A DNA stretch of 20,760 nucleotides from Oculatellaceae cyanobacterium bins.114 (GCA_033764315.1 JANRJA010000245.1:1-20760), one strand, 5' to 3'. Counted from the first letter of the stretch, positions 6,717 to 17,062 are shown. The notes: generated by a model not told the origin, from the sequence alone. A program made the numbers and translations.

Positions 6717-7637
6717 TCAGTTTCGATGATTGTTGCTGTAGCGAATCCGTGCGCCTGCCCACTGGAGTTTTTCGCGCAAGGTTTGATAGTAGGAATAATT
6801 TTCTTTCAAAATGATAAATTGTGCCTGACACTCTGCCATGCGAATGTCAACTCGTTGTCCGGGCCAAATGGAGGTGGCTAATACCCCATCCATCCATAAC
6901 TTTGTGGTCAGTTCGCGATCGGCAAGAGGCCATATGCTAACCACCGAACCAGGGGGTAACACAATGGGGCGACTAGAAAGGCTGAGGGGGCAGATAGGGG
7001 TAACGGCGATCGCCTCCATGCCGGGATGAATGATCGGGCCGTTTGCCGCGACGGTGTAGCAGGTAGAACCAGTAGGGGTAGCTACGATTAGCCCATCACC
7101 CTGATATTGATCGACGACTTCTCCATCGATTTCCATTTCCAAAATGGAGGTGATCATGCGATCGGCAGAGGCAGGTTTAACGCACATCTCATTGAGAGCG
7201 AGGTAGCGATCGCTCATCGGTTCTTGATTGCTGCGATTGCCCTCAAAGGTTGTTGCTTGCAGCATCATGCGACGTTGTACTGCAAATCGATCGTCTTGAA
7301 GCCGATCTAATAAAAGACTGGGATTGCTAAAATCATCAGCGGATTCTGTCAGGAACCCTAACGTTCCACCGATATTGAGTGCCAAGATGGGGATTCCTTC
7401 AGGGGCAAGATGCCGAGCAGCTCCCAAGGCTGTGCCATCCCCACCCAAGACCAACGCAAAATCGATCGGCTTGGAAACCGACGCCAAAAAAACAGGATAG
7501 GGATTGTCTTTAGCCCCGCTAGGTCCTAACAAGACCTTGCAATTTCTAGCTTCCAACTGTCGGGCACAACTTTCTGCCCAACGCTGACTGAGCAGATCAC
7601 CCGCTTTATGAATAATGATGACTTGGTTTAATTCCAC
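6717..7637 (-). CDS. nadK: NAD(+) kinase
   Basis: LGGDGT, ALNE and GDGLIVATPTGSTCY motifs. Lies downstream of ndhE, as is common in cyanobacteria. Confidence 0.96.
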   Translation of the reverse strand: MELNQVIIIHKAGDLLSQRWAESCARQLEARNCKVLLGPSGAKDNPYPVFLASVSKPIDFALVLGGDGTALGAARHLAPEGIPILALNIGGTLGFLTESADDFSNPSLLLDRLQDDRFAVQRRMMLQATTFEGNRSNQEPMSDRYLALNEMCVKPASADRMITSILEMEIDGEVVDQYQGDGLIVATPTGSTCYTVAANGPIIHPGMEAIAVTPICPLSLSSRPIVLPPGSVVSIWPLADRELTTKLWMDGVLATSIWPGQRVDIRMAECQAQFIILKENYSYYQTLREKLQWAGARIRYSNNHRN

Positions 7638-7657
7638 TCCCGGCGATGCTCAATCTG

Positions 7658-7963
7658 CTACCACTTCAACAGATTGAATTGCTCCATATCTACAGTATCG
7701 CGGTTACGGTAAATCGATAGAACAATCGCCAAACCAACGGCTGCTTCAGCGGCTGCAATTGAGATGACAAACACTGCAAATACTTGCCCTTTAACCCCTT
7801 CAGGGTCAAGGTAGTTGGAGAATGCCATCAGGTTGATATTGACTGCGTTAAGCAATAACTCAATCGACATCAATACCCGAATGGCGTTGCGACTGGTGAC
7901 TAGACCGTAGATGCCAATGCAAAACAAGGCAGCAGCAATGAGAAGAAAGTATTGGAGTTGCAT
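7658..7963 (-). CDS. ndhE: NAD(P)H-quinone oxidoreductase (NDH-1) subunit 4L/E
   Basis: MQLQYFLL...[19 protein letters not shown]...[12 protein letters not shown]...FNLLKW. ATG 7963 gives 101 aa. Confidence 0.97.
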   Translation of the reverse strand: MQLQYFLLIAAALFCIGIYGLVTSRNAIRVLMSIELLLNAVNINLMAFSNYLDPEGVKGQVFAVFVISIAAAEAAVGLAIVLSIYRNRDTVDMEQFNLLKW

Positions 7964-7989
7964 GGGTTGGTTCAATCTAGAAGGGTCAA

Positions 7990-8637
7990 TTAAGCGTTGC
8001 GATCGCCAGGTGAGTCAGTAATAGTGCGCTCTGGACGGCTGATGCCAACTGAGGTCAGCTCACGAGGTCGCTCTGGCAAGGTCAGAATTGGCTGCTGTGG
8101 TTGCACCGCAGAAGAATCTTCGGGCAAGAATTCACGGCGTGCGAGGACGATCGCCCCAATTAACGCCATTAACAGCAACACGGAGACCAACTCAAACGGC
8201 AGCAAAAAGTCACTAAAGAAATGCAAACCAATCGTAACAGTTGCCTCATCTCCAGCGATTGGGGCACTCGAAATAGCCCACGGGGTAGCAATAACCATCG
8301 TTCCCAACAGGGCAAAAAGACCAACACAAACCACCGCTGTGGCAGCTTTGCCTAACCAAGCATTGGCCATAGGTTGAAAGGGTTGTCGCTTGTTAACCAG
8401 CATGATCCCAAACAGGATCAACACATTAACCGCTCCAACATAGATGAGAATTTGAGCGGCAGCGACGAACCCAGCATTGAGCAGGATGTACAACCCAGAA
8501 ATACTAATAAAAACACCGCCCAGTAAGAAAGCTGAATAGACGATGTTATTTAACAACACGACACCCAGAGCTGCTGCCAGCGTCATGAAAGTCAGGATGC
8601 CAAACGAAACAATTTGAACCCCATCTGCTAAATTCAC
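7990..8637 (-). CDS. ndhG: NDH-1 subunit 6/G
   Basis: [30 protein letters not shown] and [14 protein letters not shown] motifs; operon position. Confidence 0.97.
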   Translation of the reverse strand: MNLADGVQIVSFGILTFMTLAAALGVVLLNNIVYSAFLLGGVFISISGLYILLNAGFVAAAQILIYVGAVNVLILFGIMLVNKRQPFQPMANAWLGKAATAVVCVGLFALLGTMVIATPWAISSAPIAGDEATVTIGLHFFSDFLLPFELVSVLLLMALIGAIVLARREFLPEDSSAVQPQQPILTLPERPRELTSVGISRPERTITDSPGDRNA

Positions 8638-8741
8638 CGCTACCTTATCTCCATCAAAACTGCATCAACGTATCTAATCGCGATCCCTTGCGGGTATCTC
8701 AGAGAGATCGCCCGATCAACGGTTTAGCTGATCAGCTCAAG

Positions 8742-9329
8742 CTATTTAGCTTCCATGTCTTCTAAGATTTCTTCTGGCATCTTACCAGCCCGACGAGACC
8801 CTGCTGGCAACCCATGTGGTTCTAATACCCCTTTGGGCAGGTAGGCAAGTTCACGTAATGGCGTCACCATTGGATCCTCTGTCACCTTATAAGGCAAGCG
8901 ACCCAACGCCACGTTGTCAAAATTAAGTTCATGGCGATCGTAGGTTGCCAGTTCATATTCCTCTGTCATAGAGAGGCAATTGGTAGGGCAATACTCAACG
9001 CAGTTGCCACAAAAAATACAAACTCCGAAGTCAATGCTGTAGTGATTCAACTTTTTCTTCTTGGTTTCTTTGTTGAACTCCCAATCCACTACAGGCAGGT
9101 TAATTGGGCAAACCCGGACACACACTTCACAAGCAATACACTTGTCAAACTCGAAGTGAATGCGACCGCGAAATCGCTCCGAGGGGATCAATTTTTCGTA
9201 GGGATATTGAACCGTGATAGGACGGCGTTGCATGTGGTCAAAGGTAACAGATAGCCCTTGTCCAATGTATTTTGCCGCTTGTCCTGCCTCTTTTGCATAG
9301 TCAACAACAGACTTGAGAAATTTCAGCAT
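8742..9329 (-). CDS. ndhI: NDH-1 subunit I (2x[4Fe-4S])
   Basis: [12 protein letters not shown] and [21 protein letters not shown]. Confidence 0.98.
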   Translation of the reverse strand: MLKFLKSVVDYAKEAGQAAKYIGQGLSVTFDHMQRRPITVQYPYEKLIPSERFRGRIHFEFDKCIACEVCVRVCPINLPVVDWEFNKETKKKKLNHYSIDFGVCIFCGNCVEYCPTNCLSMTEEYELATYDRHELNFDNVALGRLPYKVTEDPMVTPLRELAYLPKGVLEPHGLPAGSRRAGKMPEEILEDMEAK

Positions 9330-9386
9330 GGCGTTAACAGTAGGGTTGAAGCAAATAGGGTTTGAGCTAGGAGGGAATGGGTCGGA

Positions 9387-10505
9387 TTAACCGCCAAAAG
9401 CAACGGGAAAGGCAAGCTTAAGACCAGCTGTAAGCAGCAGATTGACGAGCGAGACAGGGAGTAAAAATTTCCAACCTAAGTCTAGCAATTGGTCAATCCG
9501 GACGCGAGGAACTGTCCACCGGAGAAGAATAGCGATGAAAACAAGCAAATATGCCTTAAAGACAGTCATCGTGATGCCGATCGCCCCAGTAATAACTTGC
9601 AGCCACGGAGTCGTCTCACTGACCCCAATCCAATTAGCGAGCAAGTTAATGGGAATTGGAAAATCCCAACCGCCCAAGTACAGCACAGCCACAAACAGAG
9701 ATGACAGGATCAGGTTAACGTAGGAACTCAGGTAGAACAGACCAAACTTCATACCGGAATACTCAGTCTGATACCCGGCGACCAACTCTTCTTCTGCTTC
9801 AGGTAAGTCAAATGGAAGGCGTTCACACTCTGCAAGGGCTGCAATCCAAAAAATGAGGAAGCCAATGGGTTGTCGCCAGACATTCCAGCCTAAGATGCCA
9901 TAGCCTGATTGCTGATTAACGATGTCAATTGTGCTGAGCGAGTTTGACATCATGACGATCGCCAATACTGACAAGGCTAAGGGCAGCTCATAGCTAATCG
10001 ACTGAGCGGCGGCTCGCAAGCCACCTAACAAAGAGTATTTATTATTGGAGGCATAACCTGACATTAGCAAGCCAATGGGCGCGATACTCGACAACGCAAT
10101 CCACAGGAACACGCCAACACCCAGATCAGTAATTTGCAAGTTCTGACCAAAAGGAATGACCAGGTAGGACAAGAAGACAGGTATAACAACCAGTACAGGC
10201 CCTAAGGTAAAGAGCCAAGGATCCGATTTGGTCGGGATCAAGTCTTCCTTAAACAGCAGCTTGGCTCCATCAGCAATTGGGATCAACATTCCCAGCGGGC
10301 CCGCAAACTCAGGACCAATGCGCTGTTGAGCCGAAGCAGAAATCTTTCTTTCTAACCAGGTTGTAACCAACACCCCAAAAGTTGCACCCAGCAACATCAA
10401 GATCATGGGTAAAGGCAGCCAGATTAATTTTGCTAACTCTGGCGACAAGCCAAAACCAGTCAGAGCTTCAATAAAGCTTCCTTGTAAATCAATTCCAGAA
10501 TTCAT
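9387..10505 (-). CDS. ndhA: NDH-1 subunit 1/A
   Basis: [27 protein letters not shown] and [23 protein letters not shown] motifs; 372 aa. Confidence 0.98.
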   Translation of the reverse strand: MNSGIDLQGSFIEALTGFGLSPELAKLIWLPLPMILMLLGATFGVLVTTWLERKISASAQQRIGPEFAGPLGMLIPIADGAKLLFKEDLIPTKSDPWLFTLGPVLVVIPVFLSYLVIPFGQNLQITDLGVGVFLWIALSSIAPIGLLMSGYASNNKYSLLGGLRAAAQSISYELPLALSVLAIVMMSNSLSTIDIVNQQSGYGILGWNVWRQPIGFLIFWIAALAECERLPFDLPEAEEELVAGYQTEYSGMKFGLFYLSSYVNLILSSLFVAVLYLGGWDFPIPINLLANWIGVSETTPWLQVITGAIGITMTVFKAYLLVFIAILLRWTVPRVRIDQLLDLGWKFLLPVSLVNLLLTAGLKLAFPVAFGG

Positions 10506-10767
10506 AGGTTGCCGCTCTAGGCTAGTACTCTATTGAGCAGTTTCACTAAAAAACGATTGTGCTGAATTGCAGACTCGTCCAGATCCATCGGGTCACAGCA
10601 AGAACGCTTGTTTGTGAAGAATCTTCACGTCAGTCCTCGTCATCAGTATATCGTTGCCCGGTTCTTAACGTGGCACTGATTGCCAGAAGTTCTCTCAAGT
10701 AGCGGTGCAAATATTGCGATTTGACAAATGCTTGTAATGCTTATCAAATCAGGAGGACAGCGATCGA

Positions 10768-10821
10768 ATAGTGTTTTATCTATGATTAATCTTGCACAAA
10801 TCGAATTAAATCTATCATTGA
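10768..10821. promoter_or_regulatory. Paired LysR-type (NdhR/CcmR-like) operator boxes
   Basis: ATAG-TGTTTTAT-CTAT (10768-10783) and ATCG-AATTAAAT-CTAT (10800-10815), 32 bp apart. The minus strand also reads TCAATG-N10-TTCGAT (10821-10800). Confidence 0.5.
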
Positions 10822-11065
10822 TGATTAGTTTGGCTAAACATATTTTTGCGATCGCTGGCTTTGATCACACCACTTCTAACTTCAAAAGTTGATAGTCCTT
10901 ACTCAAAAATCATTACTTTTAGAGGACTACTCAAAAGTTTGAAAATTTATCGTAAAAAAAGTTGTGTAATCTAAAACAATGTGTATATTGAGAGCTATTC
11001 ATTTCAGCCAATCTTTGTAATAAGTTGGCGATCGCCAAAGTTTGTGTGAGGCAACTGAGATTATT

Positions 11066-11728
11066 GTGCAAATTCCAAACTTTCCTGAATGTCATCATCC
11101 CCTGTTGAAATCGCTGCATCATTACAGCGATCAGGAATTGTTGACTCTGTTTCAACGCCATCCCGATGCAGGGCAATACTTTACAGCTATTTTTTGCCGT
11201 TACAGTCCCATTGTTTATACGCTCATTCGCCATTCAGCGCGATCGCCCGTTCAAGCTGACTATCTATTTGCCATTACCTGGCGGCACATCTATCACGAAC
11301 TGGGTGGGTTAGATCTGCATCAAAACCCAGCTACTGGAGCAGAGCAGTTCAATCTACAGAGTTGGATCATCAACGTTACGGCAGTTTGTATCAACCGTGC
11401 CGATCTGCCCCCAGTCGAATCAATTCACTATTCACTGCAAGCGGCTCCTCCGCCTTTGTGGTGTTATATTAAGCGATCGCTCGATCAACTGCCACCCGTC
11501 CAGCGATTGATGGTTTTAATGGCACAGACGTTTCATTGGAGTGAAACGCGAATTGCCGCTTATTTACAAGCCGAAGGAGAAATCATCTCTTCTGCTGAGG
11601 TCAAGCAACAGCTTCAGGCGGGCTATCAGCAGTTAGAAAACAGCCTGCCTGAAGATATTCGAGCAATTTATCTAGAAGGCCAAAATCGCAGCTTGATCAA
11701 CGCAGAACCTGTCCCTTCTGAGAGTTAG
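11066..11728 (+). CDS. Conserved cyanobacterial sigma-70/ECF-like protein
   Basis: SDQELL...FTAIFCRYSPIVYTLI...ADYLFAITW...SWIINV resembles region 2. LDQLPPVQRL...WSETRIAAYL...EVKQQL resembles the region 4 HTH. GTG 11066 is the probable start. Confidence 0.7.
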   Translation: MQIPNFPECHHPLLKSLHHYSDQELLTLFQRHPDAGQYFTAIFCRYSPIVYTLIRHSARSPVQADYLFAITWRHIYHELGGLDLHQNPATGAEQFNLQSWIINVTAVCINRADLPPVESIHYSLQAAPPPLWCYIKRSLDQLPPVQRLMVLMAQTFHWSETRIAAYLQAEGEIISSAEVKQQLQAGYQQLENSLPEDIRAIYLEGQNRSLINAEPVPSES

Positions 11729-12282
11729 TTGAGATAGACAGAACCATTTGGCTCAACTCTCAAGGCAGTGCGATCGGCCGTAAAGTCGCTCGTCTGCTGC
11801 AAAATTAAGGTGAGTTCACCTGCGGCACTGCTGGTCTCAATAGTGGCAGTGACCAACCCACCGTCGTTACGGCGAAAGGTCACGGTGGTAGGAATGCTCA
11901 GGTCTTGCAACGTCGCCTGAGATTGTGCACCCAATACTCGAAACTGAGTATCGCCAATGACCTGATAATTTAGCTCAGCACCCGTGGCATTGATGACCTG
12001 AATAGTAATGGTGCTGCCGTTGGGCTGCACGATCGCCAAAGGAATCGGCAATACATCTGAGGTTGACTGCTTGAGCTGAGCCTGACTCAGTTGAGACCGA
12101 TTGAGTTGAGGGGTTGTCTGAGAAATGGCGGTGGTTAACGCTGTGGGTAACGGCGCAGCAAACACCTGGGAGAGAGGGATAAGACTCAAGCTACTGATGA
12201 GTGCCGCACGACTGAGCCGTGTCCAAGTTAACCCTAAAGAGGGGCGATCGGTTTTTTGATCAGGGTTCCTAGCCATAGCCAT
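11725..12282 (-). CDS. Hypothetical exported protein
   Basis: Signal-peptide-like segment (RLSRAALISSLSLIPLSQVFAAP), a Q/S/T-rich linker and a beta-rich C-terminal domain. Start uncertain (12282, 12276 or 12312). Confidence 0.7.
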   Translation of the reverse strand: MAMARNPDQKTDRPSLGLTWTRLSRAALISSLSLIPLSQVFAAPLPTALTTAISQTTPQLNRSQLSQAQLKQSTSDVLPIPLAIVQPNGSTITIQVINATGAELNYQVIGDTQFRVLGAQSQATLQDLSIPTTVTFRRNDGGLVTATIETSSAAGELTLILQQTSDFTADRTALRVEPNGSVYLN

Positions 12283-12427
12283 AATTGAAAAAGTGAATTG
12301 ATTTTCAGTCAAATTGTCATATCGTCATTCATAACTCAAAAATCACAACACAAAACTGATCCACCGACTGAGGTATCCTTAGCAGGAAGAATCTAATTCC
12401 AGCGAATAGCCCTGTTAGTGAGAGCCC

Positions 12428-12745
12428 GTGAAGTATTTTTTTCTTTCAGATGGATGGAATGTCGGCAGAGTATGGGAGTTTGGCGGTTTGTGGAACGAAC
12501 TCGCTTGGCGACGAAAGCCCGAAATTTATCGCCTAGACCTGTGCATGATGGAACGTGGGGAAAAACTATGGCTCTATAAAGTCGAAGACGCTGTTTTGAT
12601 GTTAGAAGTGAAGCCCTCTGTGCTTCAAGCCGATGACCCCGCCAATGCGATCGGTCAAGTAGTGTTGAAGCGGCTCATCTCCGCTGAACAAGTGATCGAT
12701 ATGTTGTGCGCGGCTGAAGCCGTGCTAGAAGCCGATAAAAAATAA
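12428..12745 (+). CDS. Conserved cyanobacterial hypothetical protein
   Basis: 105-aa ORF from GTG with protein-like composition (MKYFFLSDGW.VGRVWEFGGLW...IGQVVLKRLI), followed by a strong hairpin. Confidence 0.78.
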   Translation: MKYFFLSDGWNVGRVWEFGGLWNELAWRRKPEIYRLDLCMMERGEKLWLYKVEDAVLMLEVKPSVLQADDPANAIGQVVLKRLISAEQVIDMLCAAEAVLEADKK

Positions 12746-12753
12746 AGATTTTG

Positions 12754-12796
12754 GGTAAGGATGGGTTGGGCAGCACACACTTAGCCCATCCTTACC
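12754..12796. terminator. REP-like hairpin or bidirectional terminator between convergent genes
   Basis: 17-bp stem GGTAAGGATGGGTTGGG/CTTAGCCCATCCTTACC (3 G-U pairs) with a 9-nt loop. Confidence 0.7.
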
Positions 12797-12832
12797 TGTT
12801 TAGGGATACCTATTAGAGACACCTAATCTCAG

Positions 12833-14596
12833 TTAAGGAGTTTCTCCCAGGTTGCTACTAGCCAAGTTGCTAACAGAACGTTGAAGTTGTACTAAGGAAC
12901 GGTTGTAGCCCAAGATGGCGTTCAGTTGATTCACTTCTGCACGAGTCAACTCGGTTTGCGATCGCAATACATCGGTTTGAGTTCCCACCCCAGCCTGGAA
13001 GCGCAAACGAGCCAGCCGCAGAGCTTCTGTAGCTTGTTGCAACGCTAATGCTGTCGTTGCAATGTTTTCAAAGTTAGCTTGCAAAGATAAGTAGGATTGC
13101 TCGACCTCAAAGCGCACCTGATTACGAGCATCCGCAAACTGAGCCTCAGCGATCGCGATATTAGCTTCTTGCTGATCAGCTTGCGCCCTGGCTGCTCCGC
13201 CATCAAACAGCGTAATGCTCACCTGTGCCCCTAACTCATAGGTATCTTCAAACCCTGAATCTTGATTGAGGAGGTTGCTGACATTATAAGCTGCACTCAA
13301 CGAGACTTGAGGGTCTAGTGCCGCTAGTGCCGCTCGGCGTTGTTGCTCGCTGATATCCCGTTGCACCAATTGCTGCTGCAACTCAGCCCGGTTGCGGTAC
13401 GCCAGAATAATGCTTTCCTCTAGAGGCAGACCCCAGCGATCAGCAACTTGAACCGGGTCAGCCGCTGCAATGTTAATGGTTTCAGGCAAATTGAGACGAC
13501 GGGCTAACTGACGACGAGCAATTTGTTGCTCACTGATGCGCTGTCTCAACTCCTGTTGAGTATTTGCCACATCGACCTGAGCTTGTAGCACATCAAAGCG
13601 AGTACCTACGCCCGCCCGTTCCAACGCTTCAGCATCCTGTAAACTCCGCAGAGATTGTTCCAGAGTATCCTGCGAAATCCGCACCTGTTCGTCGGCTTCT
13701 TGTAAGTCGTAATAGTCGTTTGTGACATCTAGTCGCAATTGCTCAGCCGTAGTTTCGACTTGGAGTTCCTGCAATCGCACCTGTCCCTCAGCGGCTCTAA
13801 TAGCTGCCGATCGCCGTCCAGAGGTAAACAAATTGTAGTCAAGCTGCACTGTGCCGCCCAAAGTGACATTAATATCATCCTGGTTACCGACAGGTCGCCC
13901 AAACACATCCGTCTGACCTTGATTTTGGTTCTCTGCGGCGTTGACTGAGACCCCCGCTTGAACAGTCGGGTCATTCGCGGCCTGTTGTTCACGCAGACTC
14001 GCCTGATTTCTCTCTAGCTCTAATTGAGAGACTTGCAACTCTCGGCTATTGCGGCGGGCCACCTCTAACGCTTGTTGCAGCGTAATCGGTTGAGTCCCAA
14101 TAATTTGGACTTCTTCAGGGCGGGTGGGAAACAGCAGAGGGTTGGGGTCAGAATTTAAGTATTCTGGGGCAGATTCAGTCAGGGGTGCTGCCGTTGATGT
14201 TGGCGTCGGAGCATCGGTGACAGATGGTGAATTGCTGGTATCGGGTCGGGGTGTAGCGGGGAGATCTTGGGCGATCGCCTCTGGGTTTGCAGTCGCTGGT
14301 GAGCGGTCTAAAGCAGACGGAGCAGTTGATGCATCACGTCCTTGCTCCAGTTGCTCTTTGGTCAGCGGCTGAACTGAGCTAAACGATGACCTGACAGCAA
14401 CAGCATCGACCTTAGGTGGATCCATAACTTGCCGTTGAAATCCAGAGATCGGTTGATCTCTTTCAGATTGACTACCCTTAGTCAATCCCAAATCAGAATT
14501 CAACGGTGGAGGTGTTTGAGCAGAGGCAGTTCCAACAGAGTTAAGGGCTATGACTGCACCAATGCTAAGAGCAATAAGAGGATGAGTGGGTTGCAT
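12833..14596 (-). CDS. tolC: TolC family outer-membrane efflux protein (HgdD-like)
   Basis: Signal peptide, P/T/S-rich N-terminal extension, NPLLFPTRPEEV..ITLQQAL, and two OEP repeats ending AGVGTRFDVLQAQ and RFQAGVGTQTDVL. Confidence 0.93.
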   Translation of the reverse strand: MQPTHPLIALSIGAVIALNSVGTASAQTPPPLNSDLGLTKGSQSERDQPISGFQRQVMDPPKVDAVAVRSSFSSVQPLTKEQLEQGRDASTAPSALDRSPATANPEAIAQDLPATPRPDTSNSPSVTDAPTPTSTAAPLTESAPEYLNSDPNPLLFPTRPEEVQIIGTQPITLQQALEVARRNSRELQVSQLELERNQASLREQQAANDPTVQAGVSVNAAENQNQGQTDVFGRPVGNQDDINVTLGGTVQLDYNLFTSGRRSAAIRAAEGQVRLQELQVETTAEQLRLDVTNDYYDLQEADEQVRISQDTLEQSLRSLQDAEALERAGVGTRFDVLQAQVDVANTQQELRQRISEQQIARRQLARRLNLPETINIAAADPVQVADRWGLPLEESIILAYRNRAELQQQLVQRDISEQQRRAALAALDPQVSLSAAYNVSNLLNQDSGFEDTYELGAQVSITLFDGGAARAQADQQEANIAIAEAQFADARNQVRFEVEQSYLSLQANFENIATTALALQQATEALRLARLRFQAGVGTQTDVLRSQTELTRAEVNQLNAILGYNRSLVQLQRSVSNLASSNLGETP

Positions 14597-14825
14597 GTTG
14601 GATGAATTGACAGTCCAAAGAACGAGTTGGAAGAAAAACCTTAAGCAGATACTGACAGGGTATTTTACTGGGCAAATGACCCGATTCAGTTAGTTTATGG
14701 AACCTAAAGGGAATACACTTCATCCGGTTGGATCAACTCGCAGACTAATCTTACTCAATCTAGATGCAAGACTTCAAAATTTCTATCCCTGGAATGATTT
14801 TTTGTCGTTCATAGAGATGGTGCGG

Positions 14826-15701
14826 TCATTGACGCAGAAAATTTAGTAACTCTCTGTTCACCGTTTGAGGAGCTTCTTGCTGAATCCAATGGCCACACTG
14901 AGAGATGGGGGTCAAGCGAAATGGAGCAACAATGAGTTTATCGATACCTTCAATGAACTGGCGACTCACCAAAGCATCTTCTTCGCCCCACAGCACCAAG
15001 GTTGGCACCGTAATCGGCTTAGGCGATCGCCCCCATTGATTGAGCCATGCTTGAGGCGACAACAGTTGACGATAGTGATGAATAGTGGCTGTCAAAACTC
15101 CTGGTTTTTCGAGGGCAGCCTGATACATCTCCGTATCCTTCGTAGAAAAGGCACCTTTGCGAATGGCTTGGTCCTGCAACATCGTCTTGACAAAAGCACG
15201 CAGGTTTTGTCGGATCAACCACTCAGGCAAAGCTGGAATCTGGAACGCTAAAATCTGCCAACTGCGCCGCACCTGATCGAGATTGCTGACCATCGCTTGG
15301 GTAAAGTCACGGGGATGCAAAGCATTGAGCACAGCAAGCCGATTGAGAGATTGAGGAAATTTTTGGGCCAGAGACCAGGCGATCGTGCCTCCCCAGTCAT
15401 GCCCAACGACATGAGCTTTCAAATATCCCAGACTTTCAATCAACCCTCGAATATCATTGCTCAGGGTATCTAAGTCATATCCGTCGTCTGGTTTGTCTGA
15501 GTCGTTATAACCCCGTAAATCAGGAACTACGACTTTGAAGTGACGAGCTAAAGCTGGAATTTGGTGTCGCCAAGAGTACCAAAACTCTGGAAAACCATGA
15601 AGTAAGACAACCAAATCTCCTTCACCTTGGGTCACACAGTGCAATCGAATACGATTGGTCTCGACAAAGCAATGTTGCCATCCAGTTCCTAATGCAGTCA
15701 T
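14826..15701 (-). CDS. Alpha/beta hydrolase (epoxide hydrolase-like)
   Basis: HGFPEFWYSW oxyanion motif, DLRGYN.S, GHDWGG (Asp nucleophile), WGEED and GHWIQQE. Confidence 0.93.
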   Translation of the reverse strand: MTALGTGWQHCFVETNRIRLHCVTQGEGDLVVLLHGFPEFWYSWRHQIPALARHFKVVVPDLRGYNDSDKPDDGYDLDTLSNDIRGLIESLGYLKAHVVGHDWGGTIAWSLAQKFPQSLNRLAVLNALHPRDFTQAMVSNLDQVRRSWQILAFQIPALPEWLIRQNLRAFVKTMLQDQAIRKGAFSTKDTEMYQAALEKPGVLTATIHHYRQLLSPQAWLNQWGRSPKPITVPTLVLWGEEDALVSRQFIEGIDKLIVAPFRLTPISQCGHWIQQEAPQTVNRELLNFLRQ

Positions 15702-15795
15702 AATTCTAGAAAAACAGTGGACGTAGGGTACGTCTCCTCAACCTGAACGCTTCATGTACAGACTCAGGGAAATCAAACTGGGACAGCCAAAACGG

Positions 15796-15933
15796 TGTAA
15801 TGATGACTACTTCTGGGTTGAAGACATAACACTTGCAGCTATTTCTACAACCCGACCCACGTAGAGAAACACGGCACTGATCGCCCGCCTAAGAGACGTA
15901 TGAGTAACGATTAATAGTGTAATGATTAATACA
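15796..15933. promoter_or_regulatory. Cluster of NtcA-type GTA-N8-TAC boxes
   Basis: GTA-ATGATGAC-TAC (15797-15810), T-GTA-ATGATTAA-TAC-A (15918-15933) and near-match GTA-ACGATTAA-TAG (15904-15917). Confidence 0.4.
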
Positions 15934-16093
15934 ATTACTGGATTTCGTCTTACAGCTTAGCACCTTGGGAATCACAGTCGGTTCAGTCGGAGTACTGAAC
16001 AGGAGACGACTCAACCTAATGTAATACTTCCATAATGTGACTGGTAAGTGCCTAAAGCCAAAATTTTTGTGAAAGAAATTTTTAGGCTCAGCT

Positions 16094-16576
16094 TTAAGGA
16101 CAAACAGTACCAGTGACTACAGGTACGGTGGCAGGGGTTCCCTGGCAGACAATTGACCACGAGGTTAACGTACCATCGGTTAACACACCCAGCCAAACTC
16201 GTCCTGCATATCCCCGCATGACGCCTGCTGGAGTGGCAGTTGTAACAGCGGCTGCAAGGCTGCCTGCCCCTACTGGAGTTGAAGCATAGGTATAGTTTTT
16301 AGAACTGGAAAGACCTACCTGGAGATCATCCAAATTACCAAAGGTATTTTTCTCAAGGAAATACGCTTGTTGACCGCGATTGATCGAACCGATATAAGTT
16401 AATGCTTCTGATTCACGAGCTTTGCTCGATTGAGAGAGAAATGAGGGTAATGCTAAAGCAGAGAGTAATCCAATGATCATGATTACGACTAGCAATTCCA
16501 AGAGGGTGAAGCCCTGCTCTCTTGGAATTGACTCAATCCAATACTGAAGCAATTTCACTCGTAATTCAGTTTTCAT
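16094..16576 (-). CDS. Type IV pilin-like protein (cyanobacterial PilA/G-H family)
   Basis: Prepilin cleavage motif QG|FTLLELLVVIMIIGLLSALALP, KARESEA...INRGQQAYFLE, and a C-terminal Cys pair. Confidence 0.92.
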   Translation of the reverse strand: MKTELRVKLLQYWIESIPREQGFTLLELLVVIMIIGLLSALALPSFLSQSSKARESEALTYIGSINRGQQAYFLEKNTFGNLDDLQVGLSSSKNYTYASTPVGAGSLAAAVTTATPAGVMRGYAGRVWLGVLTDGTLTSWSIVCQGTPATVPVVTGTVCP

Positions 16577-16862
16577 GAGTAGTTCTTCCTTGAGGATGGA
16601 GGGTTAATTTCAGCTCCTGAAACAAAGGGGCAGTAAGAATGTGGATCACCACTGGGTAATTTGGTCACATTCTTGTTTACGTATTCCGAGAGCCACAAAA
16701 AAATCCGGAACCTAACCTCAAGGGGATCAATCGCCTTTTTGAACTCTTAAATGATCTGTGAAATTACTGTATGGATGAAGACTACCGAGTCACTTTAGGG
16801 TATTTGTACAGGGTTGAGCTGCGATAGAGAGTGCACAGGGTATGGATTAACCCTTGCACAAC

Positions 16863-16892
16863 AAAAAAGGCGCGAGATTTCGCGCCTTTTTT
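16863..16892. terminator. Rho-independent terminator of the hli gene (bidirectional)
   Basis: AAAAAA-GGCGCGA-GATT-TCGCGCC-TTTTTT perfect inverted repeat. Confidence 0.9.
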
Positions 16893-16918
16893 AAATCAGT
16901 CAAAAGTAGATGAAGCCG

Positions 16919-17062
16919 TTACAGGAGACCCAATTGAGAAAGGATGCCATTACCAGTCATCAACTCCGTTGCGAGACCGATGGCAAACCCTAACATGGCT
17001 AACCGACCGTTCCAGGTTTCAGCAAATTGAGTAAATCCGAACTTTGCTTGTTGGTCTTGCAT
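16919..17062 (-). CDS. hli: High-light-inducible protein (HLIP/SCP, HliC-like, 47 aa)
   Basis: FGFTQFAETWNGRLAMLGF contains the CAB motif ExxNxR. GAGGA RBS upstream of ATG 17062. Confidence 0.95.
   Translation of the reverse strand: MQDQQAKFGFTQFAETWNGRLAMLGFAIGLATELMTGNGILSQLGLL

Noticed and set aside
10931..11233. 100-aa minus-strand ORF
   Set aside because: Antisense to the sigma-like gene and runs into AT-rich promoter DNA; no recognisable features.
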